A program made the translations under genes and the position numbers. The notes beneath the pieces were generated by a model that was not told the origin of the DNA, made no database searches, and saw only the letters and a program-made list of their open reading frames with translations. Below are positions 26,983 through 36,950 of a stretch of 64,000 nt of DNA, one piece after another (positions within the stretch are counted from its first letter, which is position 1; each line of letters opens with the position of its first letter). The stretch is from positions 32,001 through 96,000 of IMG/VR virus record IMGVR_UViG_3300035670_000030, one strand, 5' to 3'. This stretch comes from a virus.

Positions 26983-27872
26983 AGCTGTGAATACCACTCT
27001 TTATTTTCTGCTACTGTTTGGTCACCAAAATCATTCTTAAAGGGATGAAAGATATGAATTTGGGCGGGGTCAAAAAACTCTACAAACGTTGAGCGTATTT
27101 TTGTAGCCGCTTTTTGCCCCGCCCTGTTTTCGTCATTGTTGGTCGCAATGACTATTTGATCGGGATCAAGGCGAATAATCGCTTTTAATAAACCTCCACC
27201 AGCCTCAGTCCCGAAAGTTATTCCTGTATTTTTAATACCACTTTCCCAAAGAGAAAGCATATCTCCAATACTTTCAACCAGAATTATTTGTTTTTTCTCT
27301 TTGATAAATTGATGGTTAAATAGAAATGGATAAGCCCATTCATTTTTACGCCCAATATGTTTCCATTTGATTTTGGATTTACCAGTTACATCGCGCCCAG
27401 AAAATCCTTGAATTTTTTTACGAGCATCAAAAATAGGAAAAACATATCTTTGATACATTTTACCAACTTCACATAAGCCTCCTTGAAAAACTTTTAATGT
27501 TTCATCGCTAACTCCGCGCCGATTCCAATAAGAACCATCCGGTTTCAAATCAACAATATCTTCATTTGAATAATATTTAGCAGTTTTATTAAATGGGTCT
27601 TCGACATCATTATTGAATCCTGTGTAATATTTTGCTTTATCTTCAAGAATTTGTTCTACCTGTTTAATATCTTTTAATTTGAGCGTAAGCTTTAAAAACT
27701 CTTCTAAAGAAAAAACATGACCTGTAACAAAATCTTTAACAATATTATTCTGTAAATAAATACCTACTGATCCAGGATCATCACCACCACGATACCGAGC
27801 AGTACAAGTAAGATAAGTACCATAATTCCTAGGATTACACCCAGCATCTTTTAAAAGTTCTAAAAGTCTCAT
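26979..27872 (-). CDS. DNA primase (Toprim)
   Basis: RYVFPI...GFSGR..KWK, ILVESIGD Toprim glutamate, NND..AG. Confidence 0.82.
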   Translation of the reverse strand: MRLLELLKDAGCNPRNYGTYLTCTARYRGGDDPGSVGIYLQNNIVKDFVTGHVFSLEEFLKLTLKLKDIKQVEQILEDKAKYYTGFNNDVEDPFNKTAKYYSNEDIVDLKPDGSYWNRRGVSDETLKVFQGGLCEVGKMYQRYVFPIFDARKKIQGFSGRDVTGKSKIKWKHIGRKNEWAYPFLFNHQFIKEKKQIILVESIGDMLSLWESGIKNTGITFGTEAGGGLLKAIIRLDPDQIVIATNNDENRAGQKAATKIRSTFVEFFDPAQIHIFHPFKNDFGDQTVAENKEWYSQL

Positions 27873-29341
27873 AGAATTTCTTCTTGTGGTTCGTTGTTAG
27901 GCCGATCAAAAATATTAACATTCACACCATTTTGATGATTAACAATATCTTGTAAAGTTCCTTTTTCTTCTACATGAAAGTTATCAACATTAAATGAAAT
28001 AAAGTTTTTACGATAAACTGGACGGTTATTTTCAATAACACGAACAAGATCATTATGACCGTGAGCATGTTGACCTTGATAACGTGACGCCAGTTCAATC
28101 ATTTTATGAGTGCCAAATTGAGCACCATCTTCAGCTTGTTCTTCAAGAGTTTTACGCCTAAAAATACCAACATATGCAGCAAACCACTGAAGACGATCTG
28201 ATTGAGCAATAGCGCTAGAATCATCTGCCCCAGCTTCTGCGCTACGATTTAATTGACATGCTGTAAGAATCGGGATATTCATTCGAACAGAAAGTTCTTT
28301 CAAACGATCAACTTTATCACCGATAAGTTGGTATTCCTGTTTACCTTTTTCTATTTCTCCAGTTAGTTTAATATAGTCATAAACAACAATTGCAGGATTA
28401 CCACGACCAACTTGCCCAAGGTACCAACGTTGAATAATCGATTCAATTTCTGCAATAGGTTTACCAGCAACTTGTAAGTGTTTTACTTTACCTTGTGCTT
28501 TTGCAAGTTCTGATTTTTTACTATTCCATTTGGCAAGCAATTCTTTATTATTCTTAAATTGCCCCGTCTCAAGCCACCACATCGGAATACCAGTAATGCT
28601 ACTTGCTATACGAAAACGAATAACATTTGTTTGCATTTCTGTATCTAAAATCAATGCTTGCATATTTGGATTAATCAAACTTGCTTTAGAACAAATATCA
28701 CTAAGAATAGTTGATTTTCCGTGCTTTGGACGACTAACCCACGCGTAAAGTTCTCCAGGCCTTAAACCTCCATACATTTTATTAAATAGCTTGTATGGAG
28801 TTAAATATCCAGTTTCACTAATAGGATTATTGGCTCTCTCTTCGACCATTCGCTCGATATCTTGAAAAAGGTCTTCTGGATTTGCTTCTAGATCATAAGC
28901 AGTTACACGATCATTATACATTTTATCCGCCAATGAAATAATCTCATCTGGAGATTTGTCGCCAGAATTTTCCATAGCTTCTGCAATCAGAGAAGCTGTT
29001 TCTGCTACTTCACGACGAATTGTAATTGTTTTTAAATTTTTACAAGCATCAATAAGAGATTTTTGGCTAATTTTAAGAAAAGCAAGGCTTTCGATGTAAT
29101 CAAAAATATTAAAATCTTGTTTAAAATTAATACCAAGATTTTTAATTTTCTCCCCAATAATTACAGGGTCAAGAGGTTGGCTTTTCATGATTTGACCTTT
29201 GATCACGCTAAAAATAGTTTTATGACCATTAGAAAAATCATTCTCATTAATGAAATGAGAAACTTCAAAATATACTTGTGGATATTTAAGAAATCCAGCG
29301 AGAACGTGTTTTTCTATTTGTACGCTACGAATAGAATTCAT
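27869..29341 (-). CDS. dnaB: replicative DNA helicase
   Basis: EKHVLAG N-terminus, GGLRPGEL..SRPKHGKST, DTEM, YDYIKL, CQLNR. Confidence 0.93.
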   Translation of the reverse strand: MNSIRSVQIEKHVLAGFLKYPQVYFEVSHFINENDFSNGHKTIFSVIKGQIMKSQPLDPVIIGEKIKNLGINFKQDFNIFDYIESLAFLKISQKSLIDACKNLKTITIRREVAETASLIAEAMENSGDKSPDEIISLADKMYNDRVTAYDLEANPEDLFQDIERMVEERANNPISETGYLTPYKLFNKMYGGLRPGELYAWVSRPKHGKSTILSDICSKASLINPNMQALILDTEMQTNVIRFRIASSITGIPMWWLETGQFKNNKELLAKWNSKKSELAKAQGKVKHLQVAGKPIAEIESIIQRWYLGQVGRGNPAIVVYDYIKLTGEIEKGKQEYQLIGDKVDRLKELSVRMNIPILTACQLNRSAEAGADDSSAIAQSDRLQWFAAYVGIFRRKTLEEQAEDGAQFGTHKMIELASRYQGQHAHGHNDLVRVIENNRPVYRKNFISFNVDNFHVEEKGTLQDIVNHQNGVNVNIFDRPNNEPQEEIL

Positions 29342-29342
29342 A

Positions 29343-29939
29343 TTAAATTTTATCTTTGATTACTGCGTGAAAAGCTTTTTCTGCAAACTCTCTCATATTC
29401 TCTTGCTTGTTGTCGTCAGTAAAAGTAGGCCAAAGAATTTTGTAGTCCGCACTGTTTTGAATAATTGAATCGTTAATAGTCTCATCCATATTTGCTGGTG
29501 GAACTATTTCACCATTAATTGCAATTCTTTGCAAGTGAATAAGTATATTATTTGATTTTGCTTTTAACCAGCTCACCTCATCTTGTTCATACTGCTGATA
29601 ACGAATATCTGGAATAATACAAATATCTGGTTGATATTGTTTTACTCTTTCATCCAATAAATTTGTCCAATATTTTCCTTCTGTTTGTTGACGTTTTACT
29701 TTGCCATACCAAACTAAAAATTCACGAAAAGTTGCTTTTTCTTCATTATTGTCTGTAAATACATTTAATCCAAGATATTGTTTAATAAAATCTTTACAGT
29801 CCTCTTTAAGAGGTTGTGCCAAAGAAGTTCTATAGATTGTTTTTCCTTTGTGTGATCTAATTAGATTTTCAATTTCTAGTGCAAGACTATCTTTGCCAGA
29901 TCTGGCAACACCAGCTATACCAATATACAATACGCTCAT
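29343..29939 (-). CDS. deoxynucleoside monophosphate kinase
   Basis: IGIAGVARSGKDS P-loop, LAQPLK, IPDIRY. Confidence 0.8.
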   Translation of the reverse strand: MSVLYIGIAGVARSGKDSLALEIENLIRSHKGKTIYRTSLAQPLKEDCKDFIKQYLGLNVFTDNNEEKATFREFLVWYGKVKRQQTEGKYWTNLLDERVKQYQPDICIIPDIRYQQYEQDEVSWLKAKSNNILIHLQRIAINGEIVPPANMDETINDSIIQNSADYKILWPTFTDDNKQENMREFAEKAFHAVIKDKI

Positions 29940-29945
29940 ACATAT

Positions 29946-29974
29946 ATGATATCTAAACTTAATTTGATATTCAA
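29946..29974 (-). promoter_or_regulatory. sigma70-type promoter TTGAAT-17-TATCAT, 6 nt before ATG 29939
   Basis: Read directly from the minus strand. Confidence 0.55.
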
Positions 29975-29975
29975 G

Positions 29976-30389
29976 CTAAATTTCTATATCAAATTTTTCT
30001 TTTATCCATTCTTGAGATAACAAGTGAATTTCATTTTCAAAAATTTCAATAACTTTAAAATTATTCATTTCTAACCAAGAGTACTTTTGTAGGTCTCTTT
30101 TAACACTATTTTTAAATCCCGTTTTTGTTCTATGAAAATGTTTGACAAACTTATCATGTTGCAACCCATGTGTTTCTACGGCAATTTTTTTTGTAAAATT
30201 AATAAGATCACATCTCATTCTTGTTCCAAATACTGGAAACTCTTCCACTACCACATGGGTACCCCAGTATGTTTCAAAAAATTTTTTTACATTAAATTGA
30301 ACTTTACTTTTGCAAGCTTTGTCCCAATCAACTAAAAATTTGTTAATATTTTTATTAACTTCTTTCCCAAAGATATTTTTAAATTTCAT
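29976..30389 (-). CDS. DUF559/Vsr-like endonuclease
   Basis: EEFPV..RCDL..IAVETHGLQH..RDLQK..WL. Confidence 0.75.
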   Translation of the reverse strand: MKFKNIFGKEVNKNINKFLVDWDKACKSKVQFNVKKFFETYWGTHVVVEEFPVFGTRMRCDLINFTKKIAVETHGLQHDKFVKHFHRTKTGFKNSVKRDLQKYSWLEMNNFKVIEIFENEIHLLSQEWIKEKFDIEI

Positions 30390-31218
30390 TTAAACTTTCG
30401 ATTGATTTAATTATAAATTGAACTACACCAATTTTGGAGGTAATATTTTTAAAATAAGTATCTACATATTGTTTTTTAGTTTCATATTCAGAAATTAAGT
30501 GTTGTATTAAATCATCATTGATGTCATTCCATGAATTTATTGCATAAGCCAAAGGATTTTGCTTTTCAAAGAAAAGAGAATGATAGTCATTTTTAGGATA
30601 TATAGCAATGTTTCTACAATATAGAGATTCAAAATATCTATAAGATGTTGTATGCAAACCTCCAGCTGGACATAGCATAATTTTTGAATTTATGGCTATA
30701 TTTAAATAGTCTTCTGGTGCTAAATCCTGTTCAAAAGATTGAAGGTTGTTTCCAGTTGTAAAATGAAAATAATTATTTCCATTTAATTTTTTAATAGCAT
30801 TTACAAATTCAAATCTTGAAGGATGTATGAAACCAGCAAAAAAACAATCATACTTACGCTCATTAAATGGAATGAAATCTAATCCCTTTTTTATTGTTTT
30901 ATTAACAAACTTATTTAGCCCCAATGGAAAAGGTAAATATCTTTTATCGGGAGAATTAATTAAAAAATTACTAAAACATAATAAAAAATTATCTGTATTT
31001 AATTTCGTTCTAGCTTCGCTACCACTTAAAAAAATAATGTTATTTTGTGTTTCTGGTTGAAAGTCGGTCTTATTGGTGACATAAAAATTATATTTTGAAT
31101 GAGAAAAATAGTCGGCAACAAATTCCACTATCTCTAATAGATAATCCATCTCATCTGGAATGATTGATCCGCCTCCAAGATAATCAGCATAATAATTATA
31201 TAAATTTGTTAATTTCAT
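30379..31218 (-). CDS. exostosin (GT47)-like glycosyltransferase
   Basis: CFFAG..R, YL...NSKIMLCPAG...SYRYFESL. Confidence 0.65.
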   Translation of the reverse strand: MKLTNLYNYYADYLGGGSIIPDEMDYLLEIVEFVADYFSHSKYNFYVTNKTDFQPETQNNIIFLSGSEARTKLNTDNFLLCFSNFLINSPDKRYLPFPLGLNKFVNKTIKKGLDFIPFNERKYDCFFAGFIHPSRFEFVNAIKKLNGNNYFHFTTGNNLQSFEQDLAPEDYLNIAINSKIMLCPAGGLHTTSYRYFESLYCRNIAIYPKNDYHSLFFEKQNPLAYAINSWNDINDDLIQHLISEYETKKQYVDTYFKNITSKIGVVQFIIKSIESLNEI

Positions 31219-31220
31219 TT

Positions 31221-31751
31221 TTATTTATAGAAAATTACGCTATTATATTCATTCTTGATCTTATCTCTTAAATCTATAATATTAAAATCTGAAAATTCTT
31301 GTTTTAATACTTCAAAAGCTTTTGAATATACATCTTCTAAGATTATAAGAGAATCTGAATCCTTTAACAATAACGGATAATTTTTTAAAAAAAATTGTTG
31401 GGTTTCTAAGGTGTGCGGTCCATCATCAATAATTATATCAAATTTTCCAAAAGCTTCTTGAACTTTATTAATAAATTCTAAAGAATATGCATTTCCAAAA
31501 ATAATCTTGACTCTTTCTCCGAAAGAGTGCTCAATAATATTTTGAATATCGATACCAAAAATTTCAGCATTTGGAAAATATTCTTCCCATAACTTAAGTG
31601 AATGCCCTTGTAAAATACCTATTTCTAATATTTTGATTTTTTTATCTTTGAAAGGTTTAAATTTTTCATTATAAAAATTTGAAATATAAGTATGTGTTCT
31701 CTCTTTATCAGAGTCATTTTTTGTTTTCCTATATAATTCTATTAAATCCAT
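31221..31751 (-). CDS. class I SAM-dependent methyltransferase (sugar O-methyltransferase-like)
   Basis: HTY..Y, ILEIGI, GIDI, FDIIIDDGPH, IILED. Confidence 0.85.
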   Translation of the reverse strand: MDLIELYRKTKNDSDKERTHTYISNFYNEKFKPFKDKKIKILEIGILQGHSLKLWEEYFPNAEIFGIDIQNIIEHSFGERVKIIFGNAYSLEFINKVQEAFGKFDIIIDDGPHTLETQQFFLKNYPLLLKDSDSLIILEDVYSKAFEVLKQEFSDFNIIDLRDKIKNEYNSVIFYK

Positions 31752-31756
31752 ATATT

Positions 31757-32323
31757 TTATTTTATTGCGATTTTATTGAACGGCAGGGAATTATATATTT
31801 TATATCCGTGAGATTCTAATTTTCTTTCCAATGCTTCTCCAATTGGTCCAAAATTATGAGTTCCGTCTGAATGAATATATTCATATTCTATAAAAGAAAT
31901 ATTAAATCTATTTAAATCCAAAGAATTTAAAATTTTACAATCTAATCCTTCAGTATCAATATACAATCTATCAAGATTAAATATCTGGTGTTTTTCTAAA
32001 AATTTATCTAACTTTATGGCGAGTATTTTTTTTGATATCATTTCTGTTTGAAAAAGTTTAGAATGATTTTTATTGATAGAAGATGTCTGTCCTTCTTGTA
32101 TATTTTTTGGGTAGAAAAATTCTACTTCATTGATATCATCATCGACAATTGCCATTTCATAAAATTTAACAAAATCTAACTTAGAATAAAGCTGTTTAGC
32201 CATAATTAAGGCTTCAGATAAAGGTTCTATTAAATAAAGTTCGGTAATTTTATCTTTATTTGATGATACATATTCATAAACATGATCATTGCCATCGTAA
32301 CATCCAATTTGTAATATTTTCAT
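31757..32323 (-). CDS. FkbM family methyltransferase
   Basis: LQIGCYDG, LIEP, IDTEGLD. Confidence 0.85.
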   Translation of the reverse strand: MKILQIGCYDGNDHVYEYVSSNKDKITELYLIEPLSEALIMAKQLYSKLDFVKFYEMAIVDDDINEVEFFYPKNIQEGQTSSINKNHSKLFQTEMISKKILAIKLDKFLEKHQIFNLDRLYIDTEGLDCKILNSLDLNRFNISFIEYEYIHSDGTHNFGPIGEALERKLESHGYKIYNSLPFNKIAIK

Positions 32324-33024
32324 AAAATTACAGATTTAATTGTTTGCTCTTCCATCCATGGTTTTTTGTTTTTGTAAAGTAAATAATAATATTGATGTTT
32401 AAATATAAATCCAGGATTATTAAAATCCATACCAATAAATCTCGCATAGTCTTGTGAATTTTGGTCTAGTTTAGAATTAATCATATCATCATTCGTATCA
32501 TATAATAAATTAAAACCTAAATAACTATACATTTTCTCAATGGCTTCTGACATCACAGGTGGGCCTGTAATATAATTTAATCTTTTTTCTGTATTATCTT
32601 GAATTTTTTTAATAACGTTTTCAATTGTATTTTTTAATATTGGATGTTCTTTAGTTATCATTAAACACCATTGAACAAATGAACCATGTGTCCCCTCTCT
32701 AGTTATAATTGCCTTATCTTCGGTGGTTAAAAAACTGTCGATATTAATATTAATATGAGAATCTATATCTAAATAAATACCTCCATATTTATATAAAACT
32801 AAATATCTCCAAAAATCAGCTTTAGCAGCTCCTATTTGTAACTTACAATAGGCTTCAAAAATTTCATTATTATAATAGGTTTTTATAAAATCAAGAATAT
32901 CTTCATCTGTATAAAAATGATATTGATATTCAGGATTAATGTCTAGCATTAGCTTAATAAGATAAATTACTTCTTCTGGTAATTTATTATTAATGAATGT
33001 TTGAAATATATTTTTTTCAATCAT
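32320..33024 (-). CDS. GT32 (OCH1-like, DXD) glycosyltransferase
   Basis: IEKNIFQT, KADFWRYLVLYKYGGIYLDID, TGP. Confidence 0.9.
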   Translation of the reverse strand: MIEKNIFQTFINNKLPEEVIYLIKLMLDINPEYQYHFYTDEDILDFIKTYYNNEIFEAYCKLQIGAAKADFWRYLVLYKYGGIYLDIDSHININIDSFLTTEDKAIITREGTHGSFVQWCLMITKEHPILKNTIENVIKKIQDNTEKRLNYITGPPVMSEAIEKMYSYLGFNLLYDTNDDMINSKLDQNSQDYARFIGMDFNNPGFIFKHQYYYLLYKNKKPWMEEQTIKSVIL

Positions 33025-33026
33025 AC

Positions 33027-33545
33027 TTATTTTTTAGTACCATAAATCATTAGATTTAAATTATGAGATCTCGGATTATGAATTAAAGCTTGGTCAATTT
33101 GATCATATTCAATATTATCTACTTTTATATTATTGAGTTGAAGAATTTGCGTTAATATAGAGGAATTATATGCACATTTATGAAAATCTTCGCATTTGGA
33201 TTCTTGGTTAATCCAACTTAATCCTGCAAAAATCATATGATTTAAATCTTCAATTGACCATATTCCTTTAATATATGCTTCTAATTGTTTATCGATATTA
33301 ATTGTTTGTATAAAAATTTTACCACCACTTTTTAAAACTCTGGACCATTCTCTTATAGCGTTTTTACCATCAATTAATGGCATATGTTCTAGCACATCTT
33401 TAGCATATATCTCATCTACAGATTCATCTTGTAAAAAAGATAGGTCACGAACATCTGATTTTTTTACTAATGGATGGTCATATAAATCTACATTAATATA
33501 ACCATCTTTAATATCTTGGGCACATCCTAAATTTAATTTTATCAT
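33027..33545 (-). CDS. SAM-dependent methyltransferase (type 11)
   Basis: KLNLGCA, YINVD, VDEIYA..VLEH, RVLKSGG. Confidence 0.85.
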   Translation of the reverse strand: MIKLNLGCAQDIKDGYINVDLYDHPLVKKSDVRDLSFLQDESVDEIYAKDVLEHMPLIDGKNAIREWSRVLKSGGKIFIQTINIDKQLEAYIKGIWSIEDLNHMIFAGLSWINQESKCEDFHKCAYNSSILTQILQLNNIKVDNIEYDQIDQALIHNPRSHNLNLMIYGTKK

Positions 33546-34546
33546 AAAACACTTTCTTTTAACATGGTTGATATTTCATTTTTAACATGAAATTTTTTGG
33601 ACATATTAAAAATAATATTAGAGTCAAATTTATATTCTAAATTTATATTAAGATTATTCAAATCTAATTTAAATCCATTAATTCCATTTTCAATTAATTC
33701 ATTTATTGAACCATAATTAGATCCATACACTGGAGTTCCTTTTGAATAACTTTCTAAAACTGTTCTACCCAATGCTTCTGGTAATCGTGTCGGCATAAAA
33801 AATCCACGCGCCTTTTGAAAAACATGCTTATGATTTTGACCTCTTTTTAAAGGACCTTTAAATTCAAAATTTGATATATTTAAATTATATAAATAATTTG
33901 CTAATTGATCATTGCCAGAACCATATGCTATAAATTTATGATTTTTATTACGTATTGCTGTTTCTATAAAAATATCTAAGCCTTTACTTTCTAAACCCCA
34001 CTGTAAGCCAGCACACCATAAAAAATAATCTTCTTTATTAACCTCTAGATCAAATTCTTTATCTTCTAAGCCTGTATAACAAAAAAAACTTTTTTCTTTT
34101 TCCCAGTCTTCTTTTACCCAATTATGAAATTGAAATTGTGAAATAAATCTATATTTTACGTTATCATAATTTTTCATCCAGCCGTACTGTTTATTACAGC
34201 TATCTTGAAATGTGCATATAATAGGTTTTTTAAATTGCAATAATGGCTCAATACTCCAATGGCTTTGAGTCCATATAACATCAAAATCTAAATTTTTTAA
34301 AATTTTAGCGACAGAATAGGCATAGAATGAGCTATTTCTTTTTGAAATTGATGTGGGTTCTTCTTCTGTTTCATAAACTTCAAATGGGTATTCTTTTGTA
34401 TTGACCCTTTTAGGACATACAACAAAAAAATTTTGTTTTTCATTATAAAGACCAGCTGCTAAATTTTCTACGCATGTTTCGATTCCACCATAGCCATCTA
34501 ATGGAAATTGTTGTAAATAATCATTTCCAATAACGGCAATTTTCAT
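33542..34546 (-). CDS. GT4 glycosyltransferase
   Basis: GYGGIE, KGLD, EALGRTVLES...GTPV (Ex7E). Confidence 0.88.
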   Translation of the reverse strand: MKIAVIGNDYLQQFPLDGYGGIETCVENLAAGLYNEKQNFFVVCPKRVNTKEYPFEVYETEEEPTSISKRNSSFYAYSVAKILKNLDFDVIWTQSHWSIEPLLQFKKPIICTFQDSCNKQYGWMKNYDNVKYRFISQFQFHNWVKEDWEKEKSFFCYTGLEDKEFDLEVNKEDYFLWCAGLQWGLESKGLDIFIETAIRNKNHKFIAYGSGNDQLANYLYNLNISNFEFKGPLKRGQNHKHVFQKARGFFMPTRLPEALGRTVLESYSKGTPVYGSNYGSINELIENGINGFKLDLNNLNINLEYKFDSNIIFNMSKKFHVKNEISTMLKESVL

Positions 34547-35313
34547 ATACTCAGATTGTGTTCTTGATAATTTTCTTGAAAATCTTCTATAGATTTGTGA
34601 ACTTTATGTTTTGGGTCTTCCCCTCCAGATTCTACTTTCCAATGTTTTTCCCAGAAATTTTTATTTCTTAATATCCTGTTACTCAAATTCATATATCCAG
34701 TATGAATTACAAATGGATAATTTTTTGTTCTTAATGACTCTATATCAGAAGGCGTTTGAATAGAATAAACTAGATTACCATTTTCGTCGATTAATTCGCA
34801 TGTATCGCTTTTAGATGTATCTATAGTACCATCCAATTTTTTAGCAAAATTTACGGCACCACGGTACAATCCTTTTTTATGCATATACCATTTTGGAGTA
34901 ATTGAAAAATAATGATGGTTATCTTTATAAAGATTCACTGATGGAATCATTACAGATTTTGATGGAGAATATATTAATTGATTGCCAATATTTTCCCAAA
35001 TATGTCTTTGCCATAATGGTATATATTCATCCATATCAAGACCTATCTTTATGTCTTGTTTTGTGGCTTGTAAAGCTGCATTTTTTATTTTCCCATCAAG
35101 TAATGGATCATCATAACTAAAATTTGTTTCTAAAATATATACATTATCACAATTTTCAATTATAAAATCACGAACTTCATTTACAGAGTCATCTTCGCTT
35201 GTATTTATTGCAATAACAACTTCATCCGCAAATTGAGAAAAATTCTGGATATGGAATCTATAATTAAATTTGTTCTTAATTAAATTAAATGCAGATGTAT
35301 AAATTGAAAACAT
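34543..35313 (-). CDS. GT2-like glycosyltransferase
   Basis: FADEVVI..SEDDS, KNAAL, LDMDE (DxD), HTGY. Confidence 0.75.
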   Translation of the reverse strand: MFSIYTSAFNLIKNKFNYRFHIQNFSQFADEVVIAINTSEDDSVNEVRDFIIENCDNVYILETNFSYDDPLLDGKIKNAALQATKQDIKIGLDMDEYIPLWQRHIWENIGNQLIYSPSKSVMIPSVNLYKDNHHYFSITPKWYMHKKGLYRGAVNFAKKLDGTIDTSKSDTCELIDENGNLVYSIQTPSDIESLRTKNYPFVIHTGYMNLSNRILRNKNFWEKHWKVESGGEDPKHKVHKSIEDFQENYQEHNLSI

Positions 35314-36407
35314 TATTTAGCTAAAATTGTTTTAAATTTTGTAAAAAGATATTTACATATATCTTGATTATTTTCTAGAAATGTTCTTAATTGATCCATG
35401 CCTTGAATTTTTTCAGGAAAATCTTTATCAATATCTTCTTTAATATCTTTGATTAAACCACTATCAAAAGCAATCCATGCACCACTTTTTTTAGCGAACC
35501 CCCACTGAATAAGCATATCTGCGACTTCATATTCAGTCCAAACACTTTTGCCATCAATTCGACCATGGCGAATTGGATATGTAACTTCTACACCATCTTT
35601 TTCATTAGTAGTTTTACGAAGAAGAATTTTTGACCAATGTCCAATAATTTTATCTCCCTCCATGATTTGGTCAGATTTATATCTTGGCTGAAATTCAAAA
35701 ATCCAATCCGCATAGTGTTGTAAAGCATTTCCTCCAGAACTATTAGTAAGTTTAGGATCAGTTTTTGCATATGGATTAATTTGAACATTAGAACGAACTT
35801 GGGATATAAGTCCACAAATATGTCCAAATGTAGAAAGTGGCAACATAATCCTACGAAGAAAATTCGACGTAAGAACTGCTCCAGCAGCAACTTTAGCACT
35901 ATCCTCAAAACCCTTGCTTAAATCATTTTTCGAAATAAGCGCATCCATACTATCAATGAGAAAATAATAACGAGTATTTTCTGGGTTATTTTTGATAAGC
36001 TCTAATATAAGTGTAGCAATATTTTCATAAATATTAGAACGAAGTACAAAACATGTTCCAGCTTCCCATTTTTCTGGATCATCTACAAAGTTGACTCCAG
36101 ATATTTTTTTAACATTAGAATTAAGGCGTCCTTCGGCTTTAACTAAAAAGCCTTTCGAGTTAGGAACTGTCTTAAGAAAATTGTTCATGATAAGTAGTGC
36201 GGAACTTGTTTTTCCGCCACCACTTACTCCGGTAAAACGAACAATTGCCGGAACTTCGAGTGCACCACCAAGTTCTGAATCTAAAAGAAGAGAGCCAGTA
36301 GATACTTGGAAAATCTGCTCATCTTCGAAATTATAATGTGAATCTTTATTATCTTTAAGATGTGAAGATAATATACTTTTGCCTGTTAAAGTGTTTTCTT
36401 TTGCCAT
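35313..36407 (-). CDS. recA: RecA/UvsX-like recombinase
   Basis: STGSLLLD..LGG, GVSGGGKTS, IDSMDAL, SQVR, GGNALQHYA, KSGAW. Confidence 0.9.
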   Translation of the reverse strand: MAKENTLTGKSILSSHLKDNKDSHYNFEDEQIFQVSTGSLLLDSELGGALEVPAIVRFTGVSGGGKTSSALLIMNNFLKTVPNSKGFLVKAEGRLNSNVKKISGVNFVDDPEKWEAGTCFVLRSNIYENIATLILELIKNNPENTRYYFLIDSMDALISKNDLSKGFEDSAKVAAGAVLTSNFLRRIMLPLSTFGHICGLISQVRSNVQINPYAKTDPKLTNSSGGNALQHYADWIFEFQPRYKSDQIMEGDKIIGHWSKILLRKTTNEKDGVEVTYPIRHGRIDGKSVWTEYEVADMLIQWGFAKKSGAWIAFDSGLIKDIKEDIDKDFPEKIQGMDQLRTFLENNQDICKYLFTKFKTILAK

Positions 36408-36778
36408 AAGTTTAGAAATTCTCTTAAATTAAGAGCTTTATCTAAATCATATGCTTTTTTGTTTTCAAAAGCAATATTATTATTTTCTATTTGAAACTTT
36501 TTTACTTCTGGCAAATTTAAGTTAAATTTTTTATATTCTGTATTGAGAAATTTACGACCATCATCAGATAAAAACCAACATAAACTATTTAATTTAAAAT
36601 TTAATTCTAAAGTATTCCAAAAATCTTCATTTGGAAAAATTTTGAATAAACTTTTGACCATTTTCATTTCTTTTGGCCAAATAATATTCGAGGTATCTTT
36701 TAAAAATTTTTTTACAAAATTTTTTTTATTTAGATTGGTAGACTTCACAATTTGCACAAATCTCTTCGGACACTTCAA
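36386..36778 (-). CDS. hypothetical protein
   Basis: ORF overlapping the recA start. Confidence 0.6.
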   Translation of the reverse strand: MKCPKRFVQIVKSTNLNKKNFVKKFLKDTSNIIWPKEMKMVKSLFKIFPNEDFWNTLELNFKLNSLCWFLSDDGRKFLNTEYKKFNLNLPEVKKFQIENNNIAFENKKAYDLDKALNLREFLNLWQKKTL

Positions 36779-36929
36779 AAATTTGACGTTCGTTACAATA
36801 AAATGCTGTTAATTGATAATCCCCGCCTCTACAAGAACACCTTTTTATAGTTTTTGTTATAGGTTCTTCTGATCTAAATTTACATGTATTAAATTTAGAA
36901 GGGGTTGGGGCTAATGGCTCTATGTTCAT
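36726..36929 (-). CDS. small Cys-rich protein
   Basis: Six Cys (C..CSC..C..CANC); ATG 36929 lies 15 nt from GTGTAT motif. Confidence 0.55.
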   Translation of the reverse strand: MNIEPLAPTPSKFNTCKFRSEEPITKTIKRCSCRGGDYQLTAFYCNERQIFEVSEEICANCEVYQSK

Positions 36930-36950
36930 AATAATATTATACACTATAAA

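Noticed and set aside
30379-35313. DNA hypermodification role for the GT cluster
   Set aside because: Despite its location among replication genes, the families resemble polysaccharide/protein GTs and no hydroxymethylase or clear TET/JBP enzyme is visible; not excluded but unsupported
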